Assembly (NCBI GenBank): GCA_965219995.1
Contig: CBDCOX010000002.1
Coordinates: 1,664,001-1,728,000, forward strand
DNA: 64,000 nucleotides
From: Candidatus Latescibacterota bacterium
Lineage (GTDB): Bacteria > Latescibacterota > UBA2968 > GCA-2709665
Direction of reading: 5' to 3'
The position numbers were made by a program, and so were the translations under genes. The number at the start of each line of letters is the position of its first letter. Position 1 is the stretch's first letter. Below, piece after piece: positions 39,071-48,395 of the stretch. Under the pieces are notes generated by a model. That model had not been told where the DNA came from. It saw only the letters and a list, made by a program, of their open reading frames with translations, and made no database searches.

Positions 39071-39778
39071 TCATCGAACGTCTCGATAGAGACGGCTGAG
39101 CCATTTGTCCGAAACCGAACAAAGGTAAAGGATTCGAATCGTCCACATCCATATGACCGACGTGACGACACCCCATCGACGCCATCGGCGAGTGGACGTG
39201 AGGACGCTGCCGTCAAGCAGGACGAATCGACCCAGTTTGCTGACCGCGGCGCAGAACTCCGAATCCTCGAACAGCGCCACCTCGGGAAAACCGGCCACCC
39301 GGTTGAAAACGGAACGCCGGACGTAGATTCCCTGGTCTCCGTACGTCACCCCCAGAACCCTTGACCGCATCGTGGAAAGCAAGGCGATCGTGCGGAACAT
39401 CCAGGTATCCTCGGAGAGCCCCAACCGGAACCGGCCGCCCACCACATCCGTTTTCTCAAGCGACTCAAGGATCATCCGGATGCCGCCGGCGGGCAGAAAC
39501 GTATCGGCGTGCAGGAACAGCAGTACGTCCCCCGAGGACGACCTCGCCCCGCGGTTCATCTGTACGGATCGACACGACATCGGCGACGTTACCAGCCGGA
39601 CTGTCCCGGTTGCCCGGACTCGCTCCCGCGTTCCGTCGCAACTGCCCCCGTCGACCACGATCACTTCAACATTCCGTTGTCCGCGGAACTGAGCCAGGCA
39701 CCTGTCTATCGCGTCCGCTTCATTGACAACGGGAATAATGACACTTACCTGCAACGGACTCTCGCGAGAAGAACTCAA
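39071..39778 (-). CDS. GT2 glycosyltransferase, TIGR04283-like
   Basis: SVIIP..NE, VDGGS.D.T, QMNRGA, LLFLHADT, YGDQG, FED, TS.RRW; TTG start overlapping upstream stop. Confidence 0.85.
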   Translation of the reverse strand: MSSSRESPLQVSVIIPVVNEADAIDRCLAQFRGQRNVEVIVVDGGSCDGTRERVRATGTVRLVTSPMSCRSVQMNRGARSSSGDVLLFLHADTFLPAGGIRMILESLEKTDVVGGRFRLGLSEDTWMFRTIALLSTMRSRVLGVTYGDQGIYVRRSVFNRVAGFPEVALFEDSEFCAAVSKLGRFVLLDGSVLTSTRRWRRWGVVTSVIWMWTIRILYLCSVSDKWLSRLYRDVR

Positions 39779-40356
39779 CCTGCGGCGCCATGCCTTTGCA
39801 TCAGAAACCTGCGCGCGTAGCTTACGGTCGAAACCAGCAGAAGCACGCCCGACAGGTAGAGAAACGGAACCTTCAGCAACTGCGTATCCATCGCGTAGGC
39901 AATCAGAAGCACACTCATCGCACAGGTGGTCAGCTTGCCCCAGATATTGGAAGAGAGCACGACGCGTTCCCGTGCGATCAGGAACACCCCGGCCAGCACG
40001 ATCGAGATATCGCGTCCCACGATTACTACAACCACCCAGAGGGGCAGCCCCTTGACCAGCGCCAGCATGATGGCGATCGCATCGATCGCCACCTTGTCGG
40101 CCAGCGGATCCAGGATCGTCCCCCAGCGCGTCACGGTTCTCAGGCGCCTTGCGAGGTATCCGTCCAGAATATCGGTGATAATCATCACCATGACAACCGA
40201 GAACAGGATCCACTTAACCGACGGCCCCATCCAGATCAACCAGAGTACGGGCCCCGTCAACGCAGCCCGGAGCAGGCTGAGGCTGTTTGAAATCGTCCAG
40301 AACGGATTGACCGAACGATCCTCGAAGGACCTGGATGAGCGAGCGTCTTCACTCAT
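39775..40356 (-). CDS. CDP-alcohol phosphatidyltransferase family protein
   Basis: TISNSLSLLR, TDILDGYLARR....WGTILDPLADK, WGKLTT. Confidence 0.92.
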   Translation of the reverse strand: MSEDARSSRSFEDRSVNPFWTISNSLSLLRAALTGPVLWLIWMGPSVKWILFSVVMVMIITDILDGYLARRLRTVTRWGTILDPLADKVAIDAIAIMLALVKGLPLWVVVVIVGRDISIVLAGVFLIARERVVLSSNIWGKLTTCAMSVLLIAYAMDTQLLKVPFLYLSGVLLLVSTVSYARRFLMQRHGAAG

Positions 40357-41012
40357 CGTTCCGCTTGTTCGCCCGGTGAGAGCACCACACCACCCATATT
40401 GGCCAATTCACAGAACGCGTCCTGCGCGGGCCCCCACGTGGTCAGATGATAGCTCCCGTCCGGCGTTTTCTGGCTTCGGGTGAAGTTCGCGAAGATGCAC
40501 GACATTCCGTCGTGCTCCCTCCGGCTTACACGCGGTACTCCCGCCCAGGGGATGGCCAACCGCGCGCACCACCGCCCGCTCGCATCGATTTCCTCAACCG
40601 ACCACTCCAGCCCGGGTACGTCGAATTTCGACATCGCCCGCCAGTCTGTCTCCTTCTCGTCCGGGAAGTACAGATCCAGAACCGCACCGAGGGGGTTTAC
40701 CTCAATTTCGTAGTATCCTCCGCCCGCTCGGAGGAAGACCTCCACCGCGCATTCGTTGAAGAGATCCTGGTCCCGCGCCCTCATTGTCACGGGAACCGGA
40801 GACGGATCGGAGACGAGGCACACGTAAAGGGCCTGCTCGTCCCAGAGCGCCGATGCTTCGAGGAAGAAACCGGGCGGGTCGTCGTCCGTACCGAGCAGAT
40901 GGAATGCCCGGTTGATCCTGCCTGCAAGCTCCCACGCTGTCCCGGTGGTCGTCCCGTCCAGTGGCGGCGGGGCGGAAACGTATCTGCAGCAGTAAACGGG
41001 TCGCTCTCTCAT
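40353..41012 (-). CDS. Carbohydrate-binding family 9-like domain protein
   Basis: LDG, LWDEQALYV, VEVFL, YYEIEVNPLG, W.A.LAIPW. Confidence 0.78.
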   Translation of the reverse strand: MRERPVYCCRYVSAPPPLDGTTTGTAWELAGRINRAFHLLGTDDDPPGFFLEASALWDEQALYVCLVSDPSPVPVTMRARDQDLFNECAVEVFLRAGGGYYEIEVNPLGAVLDLYFPDEKETDWRAMSKFDVPGLEWSVEEIDASGRWCARLAIPWAGVPRVSRREHDGMSCIFANFTRSQKTPDGSYHLTTWGPAQDAFCELANMGGVVLSPGEQAER

Positions 41013-41097
41013 TGCGGATCCCTTCGCTGATACAAGGCTACATTCCACAGCTCGTTCAGGCCGCATGACACGGCCGCCGCCACCTGCCGCGGGACCG

Positions 41098-41853
41098 TCA
41101 CGGGGCTTGATTCGATGCCGGTCGGCGGGTCCCCCGGTCACCACGGGAATGCGATATTGCAACCAGGTGTGCGAACACGCGGTCCCACACCGTGCCGGGC
41201 AGCGCTTCGGGGTGAAACTGAACGCCGATGATGCGTCCATCTTCCGTCTCGACCCCTTCGATGACTCCATCCTCGCTTACCGCATTCACGCGGAGTCCGG
41301 CCCCGGGCCCCTCGATGGCCTGGATATGCGAGCTGTTCACCTCCAGCGCATCGCCCCGCCGGCCCGTCAGCCGTGCGAGCCAGGTATCTTCCATCGTCAT
41401 CACATCGTGCCGTACGGGACGCCCTCCCGTGCGCCTGGCGGAGTGGGCGCGTTTGCCGAGCTGGACCTGCAGGTCCGCGTATATCGCGCCGTCGAACCGG
41501 GCATTGATGAACTGCATGCCGTAGCAGATTCCCAGGATGGGCAGATCCCGTTCCCGGGCGTAGCGGTAGGACCAGGCATCCGTCCGGGCACGGATCGGGT
41601 CGACGGGCGGCAGGTCGTCGGGAAGCGCGCCGATCAACCCGTCCGTTACGCCGGGACCGCCCGTAATGATCAGTCCGTCGATCAGACCCAGCACCGGCGC
41701 AAGCGCTTCCCGGCTCTCGACCATGGGCAGTATCACCGGACAACCCCCGGCCCGCTCCACCGCGCTCACGTATGCGCGCCCGACCTCCTGGCGGGATCCG
41801 CCGCCGTCCGACGTCCTGACGCTCGTGGTAATGCCGATTACCGGCCGTGACAC
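41098..41853 (-). CDS. Peptidase C26 / gamma-glutamyl-gamma-aminobutyrate hydrolase family
   Basis: PVIGIT, GLIITGG, LGICYGMQ, NSSHIQ, GVQFHPE; GTG start with GGAGA RBS. Confidence 0.9.
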   Translation of the reverse strand: MSRPVIGITTSVRTSDGGGSRQEVGRAYVSAVERAGGCPVILPMVESREALAPVLGLIDGLIITGGPGVTDGLIGALPDDLPPVDPIRARTDAWSYRYARERDLPILGICYGMQFINARFDGAIYADLQVQLGKRAHSARRTGGRPVRHDVMTMEDTWLARLTGRRGDALEVNSSHIQAIEGPGAGLRVNAVSEDGVIEGVETEDGRIIGVQFHPEALPGTVWDRVFAHLVAISHSRGDRGTRRPASNQAP

Positions 41854-41879
41854 GCGATTCTCCAGTCGTTTCGTCGGCC

Positions 41880-42596
41880 TCAGGATATCATCAACCGGAA
41901 GCCGATCACCAGCACGAGGGCGAGGATTGCCCTGTTGAACCACACAGCGGACAAACGGGTGTTCAATAGGATCCCGATCCCCACGCCCGCGGCAAGCGTT
42001 GGCAGCATAAAGAGATCCATCCGCCATACTTCCAGGCCCAGGAGGCCCAGTTTCGCGTAAGCCAGCGCCTTCATGGTGTTCAGGGCCAGCCCGACCAGCA
42101 CCGCTGTCGACACAAACACCCGTCCGCTCAGTCCCTGAGGGATCAGATACAACATCAGAATGATGCCGCCGGAATGGGTAAGTACCGAAACGACACCCAG
42201 CGCCACCCCGGCGACCAGGCCCGAGACGGGCGGCGCAGGCGGGAGGCGGTCTCTGAAGGCCTGCAGCAACCCGAATAAACACGCCAGCCCACCCAGCATC
42301 CGCCGGAACCAGAGTTCCGGGATCACGTCCAGCAACACCCAGCCAACCACCACCCCGATCGCCATTCCCGGCAGCAGGATGATTGCGAACCTGGCAACCC
42401 GGTACTTCCAGTAAAACCTGATGGCAATCAGGTCCGCCGCCAGCGAAAGCGGAAGCATGACACCCAGCGCCAGCTTGGCCGGGATCACGAGCGCCAGCAG
42501 CGGCGTCACCACAACGCCCACGCCGCCGCCGAACCCGGCTTTCATGATGCCGATCAGCAGGCCCGCCAGGGCCAGAACCAGATGCGTGACGTCCAA
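41880..42596 (-). CDS. Sulfite exporter TauE/SafE family protein
   Basis: KAGFGGG, LPL...D, THSGG, about 8 TM helices. Confidence 0.85.
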   Translation of the reverse strand: MDVTHLVLALAGLLIGIMKAGFGGGVGVVVTPLLALVIPAKLALGVMLPLSLAADLIAIRFYWKYRVARFAIILLPGMAIGVVVGWVLLDVIPELWFRRMLGGLACLFGLLQAFRDRLPPAPPVSGLVAGVALGVVSVLTHSGGIILMLYLIPQGLSGRVFVSTAVLVGLALNTMKALAYAKLGLLGLEVWRMDLFMLPTLAAGVGIGILLNTRLSAVWFNRAILALVLVIGFRLMIS

Positions 42597-42943
42597 ATGG
42601 CCCCCTGTCTCTGGCGACTACCGGGCTCCGGACCCTCTGTGGCAGACGACAACTGCAATCCGACTGCATGCACCGGACGATGTGGTGAAAAGGACCTTCA
42701 AACGCCCGGACGACAGAGTTGCAAAGTATAACATACGCGGAAACCGGTGAAAAGACAAAACCGAGCCTCTTTCGCCGGTGGCGTTAAGCTTGACAGCCTC
42801 CATACTTCTGAATATGTTTGGCCCGATTTACGCGATTCAACCGCTTGGGAATACGGGTGCCAACGCACAGGCGACATTGCCCGCGCGCCTCCCGTCGCAA
42901 AGCGCTCCCCGCAGCATCGCACCCGGAATCCGGGAGTCACGTT

Positions 42944-43492
42944 ATGGCGAAGACCTGGAAACGCCTCCTCAAATTCAGATGCACCGGCTGCGGAAACTGC
43001 TGCAGGGAACCCATCGCTCTGGTGACGGACGAGGATATCCGGCGAATCGCGGTCAATACGGGTCAGACTGCCGGGGAGATCGTCGATTTCTACGCACCGG
43101 ATGAGATCGACTGGAGTCTCTCGAATCCGGGATGGATCAGACTCGAGGGCGAACACCGCATCCTTGGCTTGCGCCGGAATGAAGGCGGCTGCAGATTCCT
43201 GGGGAAAGACGACCTCTGTACCATCTATGAATACCGTCCGGTAACCTGCCGCCGGTATCCGTTCAACGTGGAATTCGACGCCCGCGGCGGAATCGCATGC
43301 CTGGACATCAGCGACACGGTCGAATGTCCGTATGAGCTGGACGGCCGCAACTCGCCTGATCAGATCCGAGCCGTGTGCGATTGGGAAGAAACAGAGGAAC
43401 AACCCTACTTCGAGCGGGTCGAATCCTGGAACAGGAAAGGAAGGACAGGGGGGCAAACCGAGTTCTTGAGGTACCTGGGGTTCGACGGGTGA
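42944..43492 (+). CDS. YkgJ family CxxCxxCC cysteine-cluster protein
   Basis: CTGCGNCC, CRFL, CTIYEYRPVTCRRYPF. Confidence 0.9.
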   Translation: MAKTWKRLLKFRCTGCGNCCREPIALVTDEDIRRIAVNTGQTAGEIVDFYAPDEIDWSLSNPGWIRLEGEHRILGLRRNEGGCRFLGKDDLCTIYEYRPVTCRRYPFNVEFDARGGIACLDISDTVECPYELDGRNSPDQIRAVCDWEETEEQPYFERVESWNRKGRTGGQTEFLRYLGFDG

Positions 43493-43521
43493 GCGCGATG
43501 GTCCGGCGGTCTTGCCCGCGT

Positions 43522-44295
43522 CTATCGGCTGATGCCGGATACCGATCTCTTCAGTTTCCTCAACGCGCAAAACAGCCAGCGTACGTCTTTGATGACCGGC
43601 AAGCGAAAGTAGAGCCCGAGTCCGTATTTGCGCCGCACGGACCAGATCGCCCGGTCGTCGGATTCCTTGCGGCTGATGCTGGCGTCATGGATCCGGTAAG
43701 AGTAGAGGGGCCGCGGCACGTAATGTCCGCGTCCGCGGCGCCTCAGGACGACGTTCAACCAGAGGTCCCAATCCTGATAACGCCGAAGGGACTCGTCGAA
43801 CCCGGGAAAGCTGCTTGCCCGCAGCAACGCGGCGAGATCGACGTAATTGCCTTCCCGCAACCTTGCCGGCTGGAAGGGTCCGGATTTCCAGACCCCCTCC
43901 GGCTCCGGATGCCAGGCGCCATCCCCTTCCTTGAAGTTGAAGCGATCGCAATACACGAAATCCAGACCCGGCCGCGCCGCCCCGTGGAGCGCATCCAGAA
44001 ATGCGGGCGCCATGTAGTTGTCCGCGTCGAAGAAGACCACCCATTCGGCAGAGACCTGAGCGAATCCGAAATTTCGGGATCGGTTCGCGTTCTGAAACCC
44101 GACACGGTGGTATTCCACGTCCGGAAACTGCCGGACGACGGCCTCGGTCTCGTCGGTGCTGGCATCGTCCACGACCAGAACGGTCGCCGGTTTCAATGCC
44201 TGCGCCTCAATCGAACGCAGGCATTGCCGAAGGTAACGGCCGTAGTTGTGACAGGTGACAATAACGGCAATATCCGCCTTGCGCTCCGGTCTCAT
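43522..44295 (-). CDS. GT2 family glycosyltransferase
   Basis: HNYGRYL, VVDDASTD, RNFG, FFDADN, QDWDLW. Confidence 0.9.
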   Translation of the reverse strand: MRPERKADIAVIVTCHNYGRYLRQCLRSIEAQALKPATVLVVDDASTDETEAVVRQFPDVEYHRVGFQNANRSRNFGFAQVSAEWVVFFDADNYMAPAFLDALHGAARPGLDFVYCDRFNFKEGDGAWHPEPEGVWKSGPFQPARLREGNYVDLAALLRASSFPGFDESLRRYQDWDLWLNVVLRRRGRGHYVPRPLYSYRIHDASISRKESDDRAIWSVRRKYGLGLYFRLPVIKDVRWLFCALRKLKRSVSGISR

Positions 44296-44510
44296 CCTTA
44301 CCCTTGATTCGTCATTATTCGGGGACGTTAATTCGAAGTTGTGCAAGTGAATAAAGGCGATTTAACTGCTGATTTCTATGATGCTTCCGGTCACTGGACG
44401 TGAACGAAAAAAATGTCCTTCCGGACGACCTATTCTGCCCAATTCGGAAGGTCTTGTTGCGGTGGAGCGTTGCTGCTTTTGTTGAATTCAGACTAACCGT
44501 CCGTTGATCG

Positions 44511-45500
44511 TCATCGCACGGAGGCCTGCCCTCTCGCCTTGCGCAGCAGTTCGACCTGGTATTCCAGACCGAGCAACCCTTCTTCTCCTGTTACGACGGC
44601 CCGACGGCCCGTGCCGCGCACGGCGGAAACGAAGGCCTCGACCAGAATGTGGAGAAAATCGTCACACTCAAACGATTCACTCCCGTGAAGAAGCCGCGCG
44701 CGGTAGATCCCGCCCGTATCCGCATACCCTTCCCAATCCACCATAAAGCCGTTGACGCCGAACCGCCGGGCCGGAACGCCCTCGTCGATATCCCGCAATA
44801 CCAGCTCTACAGCGCAGTTGCCGCGGGCGCCGACGTAGTCGAAACTCGCCCGATTCTCACGCGCTTCGATTTCGCAGACGGCCGACGCAGCGTCCATTCT
44901 GCCGTCCGGAAGAAAGCCGATTACCAGACTCAAGGCGTGCGGGGCAACGTCGGCCCAGATTTCCTCGAAGTATTTCGGACCTTTTCGGCCCTTCACCTCC
45001 ATCTCCATCGAAATACGGGTCACGTCGTCCCACGACCCGCGGACCCGCTCGTAGAGCGCCCTGTAGTGCGGAATGCCCGCCGGATACTGTGCGGACACCC
45101 CAAGCAGACGTCCGGCGTCCCGTGCTCGCGCCACGATCGCCCGGCCGTCTTCGAGAATCTCGTCCAGCTCTTTTTCTTTGTCCCAGCAGAACGGTTTCTC
45201 ACAGAGCACGTGGGCCCCGGCCTCGAGGGCCGCGAGCGCGTGATCCCTGTGGGTCGGGTACGGGCTCGTTACCGCGACAATGTCAGGGGCTTCCGCCCGA
45301 AGCATCTCCTCCACGTCCAGGTACGCCCGGCCGCTGAATCCGAAATACGACGCCAGCCGTGCGCGGGTGCGATCGCACGACTCGCGCGACGTACCGGCAA
45401 ACGCAACCACCTCGCACCCCGAGAGATCGTACCACCGGGCGTGATGCTGGCCGATGCCGCTGGCGCCGATGACGGCGACTCTGAGAGGTCTGTTGATCAT
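44511..45500 (-). CDS. Gfo/Idh/MocA family oxidoreductase
   Basis: IGASGIG, HVLCEKP, DVAPH. Confidence 0.88.
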   Translation of the reverse strand: MINRPLRVAVIGASGIGQHHARWYDLSGCEVVAFAGTSRESCDRTRARLASYFGFSGRAYLDVEEMLRAEAPDIVAVTSPYPTHRDHALAALEAGAHVLCEKPFCWDKEKELDEILEDGRAIVARARDAGRLLGVSAQYPAGIPHYRALYERVRGSWDDVTRISMEMEVKGRKGPKYFEEIWADVAPHALSLVIGFLPDGRMDAASAVCEIEARENRASFDYVGARGNCAVELVLRDIDEGVPARRFGVNGFMVDWEGYADTGGIYRARLLHGSESFECDDFLHILVEAFVSAVRGTGRRAVVTGEEGLLGLEYQVELLRKARGQASVR

Positions 45501-45893
45501 GGATTCACCCCGATAGCGAGTTCGAAGCCGGTTTCACGTAAAATAGAAATCCTCGATATCGTATCCAATTATTTTTTCCCTCGCTGTGCGCGAGTCCGTC
45601 CGCATCCGTCGCGCGGGGTGATCGGTGGCGTGAAGACCGAATTTTGACGCGGTCGTTTTTCGCGACATCCTGTCCGCAAAGGAGACCGCACTGTGAACGC
45701 GCAGGAAAGTCTTCCTGTTTTTGGCCCGTAAAGGAAACCCTTGTTTTTTTTCTGCTTTTTGATATTTTTAGACTCCCTCGTCTGTCGATTCATCGCTGAA
45801 TGGATCCGCTGAGCCATCGTGTACCAACGTCGCGCGGGCCTGGAGTATCGCGCTCATGCCTGCTATGCTCTTCCGTCCGCAAGGAGGACGTGG

Positions 45894-46403
45894 ATGATTA
45901 AAGAAAGTGTCCAGGCCGCCTTGAACGAACAATTGAACTCCGAGCTGTACGCCTCTTATTATTATCTTTCGATGTCCGCCTACTTTCATGCCACCAACCT
46001 GACGGGATTCGCATCCTGGATGCGCGCGCAGGCCCAGGAGGAATTGATGCACGCGATGAAGGTCTACGACTTTATCAACGACCGCGAGGGCGAGGTGGCA
46101 CTCACCACGGTCGCGGCGCCCAAACGGCAATGGGATGATTCCCTGGCGGCATTCGAAGATGCCTATCAGCACGAGAAGGCGGTAACCGCCCAGATATACG
46201 ACCTGGTGGACCTCAGCGTCAAGGAAAGAGACCACGCCACCAATACTTTCCTGCAGTGGTTCGTCACCGAACAGGTTGAAGAAGAGGCCACCGCAAGCGA
46301 TATCGTCAACAAGCTGAAACTGGTCGGCAACGACGGCAACGGCCTGTTCATTCTGGATCGTGATCTGGGTGCTCGAGGCCCGGATACCGAAGAAGAGGAT
46401 TGA
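45894..46403 (+). CDS. ftnA: Non-heme ferritin
   Basis: ELYASYYYLSM, EELMHA, HEKAVT, FLQWFVTEQVEEE; AGGAGG RBS. Confidence 0.95.
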   Translation: MIKESVQAALNEQLNSELYASYYYLSMSAYFHATNLTGFASWMRAQAQEELMHAMKVYDFINDREGEVALTTVAAPKRQWDDSLAAFEDAYQHEKAVTAQIYDLVDLSVKERDHATNTFLQWFVTEQVEEEATASDIVNKLKLVGNDGNGLFILDRDLGARGPDTEEED

Positions 46404-46482
46404 ACAGCAAGGCCGTCCGGCCGGCCCGCCGGCGAGAAGCCTCATTACGAATTCTTCGCAGAAAAAAATCCTAATTCCTGTA

Positions 46483-46511
46483 TTGACAAATCGTTAATCG
46501 TATGTTATCTT
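46483..46511 (+). promoter_or_regulatory. Near-consensus sigma70 promoter with extended -10
   Basis: TTGACA-17 bp-TATCTT with TG at 46503-46504. Confidence 0.8.
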
Positions 46512-46517
46512 GCTATT

Positions 46518-46989
46518 TCACAGGGCTTTCTGTACATAGAAAGTCCCTGAAGCAAGTTCGGAAGTCGGAGTCGAACGCGGTTTCACCCGCCACCCCTCGG
46601 CATTGAAACGTTGATTCCGGCGAACAACAACTCTCCGGCCGGGTACGCACCGGGGCGGAGAACCTGGAATTCCGTACCAGGAAGTCGTATCGGGAAACGT
46701 CACCCCTGAATGGTTCCCGGTTGAATCTTCAGCTTTCCCCGCGGGTTCAACGCCTCGCCCCGAGAGGGGTTGAACTTTCCGAAGTTTCCTTCTCCCTTTT
46801 TCGCTTCCTCCCCTTTCCAGATTGTGCTGTTCACGTTCACGGTCGGCGCTTTCGAGCCTGTGTGTCGCGGGCAGTGTGTTTTGCCCGACCAGGATCTGTC
46901 CGCGCGCGAGTCCCGGTCGTTTCCGGATGGATCGACGTGACGCCGGGTACCGGCACGCAGCCGACCGCACCATTGTCTGGGGGAAAGAA
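46518..46989 (+). ncRNA. Candidate structured leader or ncRNA upstream of the sigma factor
   Basis: About 10 stems, several with G-U pairs that work only on the + strand; no family recognised. Confidence 0.5.
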
Positions 46990-47871
46990 ATGCCTGCAAC
47001 AGCAGCGAGCCAGCAGAATGGAATCTCGTCACGGGGAAAAAAGCGGTCAGCACTCGAGCTCTATCTCAAGGACATCGCCTATAACGACTTGCTGACGCCA
47101 CAACAGGAAGTGGCGCTGGCCAAGCGTATCCGGGCCGGAGACCGCAAGAGCCTGGAACAGATGGTCGAGTCCAACCTCCGGTTCGTCATCACCATCGCCA
47201 AGGAATATCAGGGACGCGGCTTGCCCCTTGAAGACCTGATTGCCGAGGGTAATCTGGGGCTGGTTCGCGCGGCGACGCGGTACGATGAAACAGTTGGTGT
47301 CAAGTTTACTACCTATGCTGTCTGGTGGATCCGGCAGGGCATTCTCTCATCGCTTGCGGAAAAGGCCCGTATGGTCCGCCTGCCGGTGAACAAGATCAAA
47401 CATCTGTGCCGGATGGAACGGATCGCCTCGAACCTCAAACAGAAACTTGGCAGAGAACCGAGCATCGACGAGATCGCGGTGGGGGCGGACATGCAGCCCA
47501 AACAGGCGCAGGACCTGCTGAACGCTTCGCGTTGGCACGTGTCCCTGGATATGCCGCTGGAAGAGGGCCCGGATTCGTCTCTGCTCGAAGTGCTCGAAGA
47601 CAAGGACCAGGTATCGCCAGAAAACGAAGTGATGGAACAGGCGATGGCCGAAGAAATCCGAGCCGCGCTGGATTCCCTGTCTTCCCGCGAAGCGCGTATC
47701 TTGCGGCTCTACTTCGGCATCAATGGCCAGGACACCATGACGCTGGAACAGATCGGCAATCAACTCAGCCTCACCAAGGAACGCGTCCGGCAGATTCGGG
47801 ACAAAGCCCTTGCCGCGCTTAAACATCCGTCGCGAATGCGGAAGATCCGCGCATACCTTACGGAGAACTGA
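46990..47871 (+). CDS. RpoD/SigA family sigma70 factor lacking region 1.1
   Basis: YLKDI, NLRFVITIAKEY, DLIAEGNLGL, KFTTYAVWWIRQ, TLEQIG..LSLTKERVRQI. Confidence 0.95.
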   Translation: MPATAASQQNGISSRGKKRSALELYLKDIAYNDLLTPQQEVALAKRIRAGDRKSLEQMVESNLRFVITIAKEYQGRGLPLEDLIAEGNLGLVRAATRYDETVGVKFTTYAVWWIRQGILSSLAEKARMVRLPVNKIKHLCRMERIASNLKQKLGREPSIDEIAVGADMQPKQAQDLLNASRWHVSLDMPLEEGPDSSLLEVLEDKDQVSPENEVMEQAMAEEIRAALDSLSSREARILRLYFGINGQDTMTLEQIGNQLSLTKERVRQIRDKALAALKHPSRMRKIRAYLTEN

Positions 47872-47876
47872 GCATC

Positions 47877-48311
47877 GTGGCAGACGATACGGCCAACAGT
47901 CCGGAAGCTCCTTTAAGGGGCGCCGTGTCCCCCGTTCTGGACATCGTGGGGGTGCATCACATCACCCTCGTCGTTCGTAACGTGAATCGATCCAGGTCCT
48001 TTTATGAGAAATTTCTGGGCCTGGACCCCATTCCGCGGCCCGATTACGATTTCGAAGGCGCCTGGTTTCAGTGCGGGAGTGTCGAAATACACCTCCTTGT
48101 TGCGGAAGAACACCCGGATCCGTCGAGGCGCCACATCGCGCTCGAAGTCACCGACTTTGCGCGCGTGATCAAATCTCTCGATGGCGAGTGGGTGCACGTC
48201 GTGGGCGGTCCGGGCGTCAGACCGCACGACGGAAGCCGGTTCGTGTTTCTCCAGGACCCCGATGGGAATCTGATAGAAATCACCTGCCGGAGTTTAAAAG
48301 AAAAAGATTGA
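47877..48311 (+). CDS. VOC/glyoxalase family protein
   Basis: HHITL.V, FYEKFLGL, GAWF, HIAL, DPDGNLIEI. Confidence 0.9.
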   Translation: MADDTANSPEAPLRGAVSPVLDIVGVHHITLVVRNVNRSRSFYEKFLGLDPIPRPDYDFEGAWFQCGSVEIHLLVAEEHPDPSRRHIALEVTDFARVIKSLDGEWVHVVGGPGVRPHDGSRFVFLQDPDGNLIEITCRSLKEKD

Positions 48312-48328
48312 ACGGCCGGTGGATGCAG

Positions 48329-48372
48329 AATGGGCAACGGGCCGCGACAGCTGTCGCGGCCCGTTGCCTATT
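48329..48372. terminator. Long palindrome between convergent genes
   Basis: GGCAACGGGCCGCGACAG|CTGTCGCGGCCCGTTGCC, perfect over 48333-48368. Confidence 0.7.
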
Positions 48373-48395
48373 TGGTGCGGTCGACAGATAAGGAG

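Noticed and set aside
46518-46800. 6S RNA, RNase P or c-di-GMP riboswitch identity for the sigma leader
   Set aside because: Only short matches (GAAAGTCC, CACAGGGC); multi-hairpin topology and missing partner motifs do not fit
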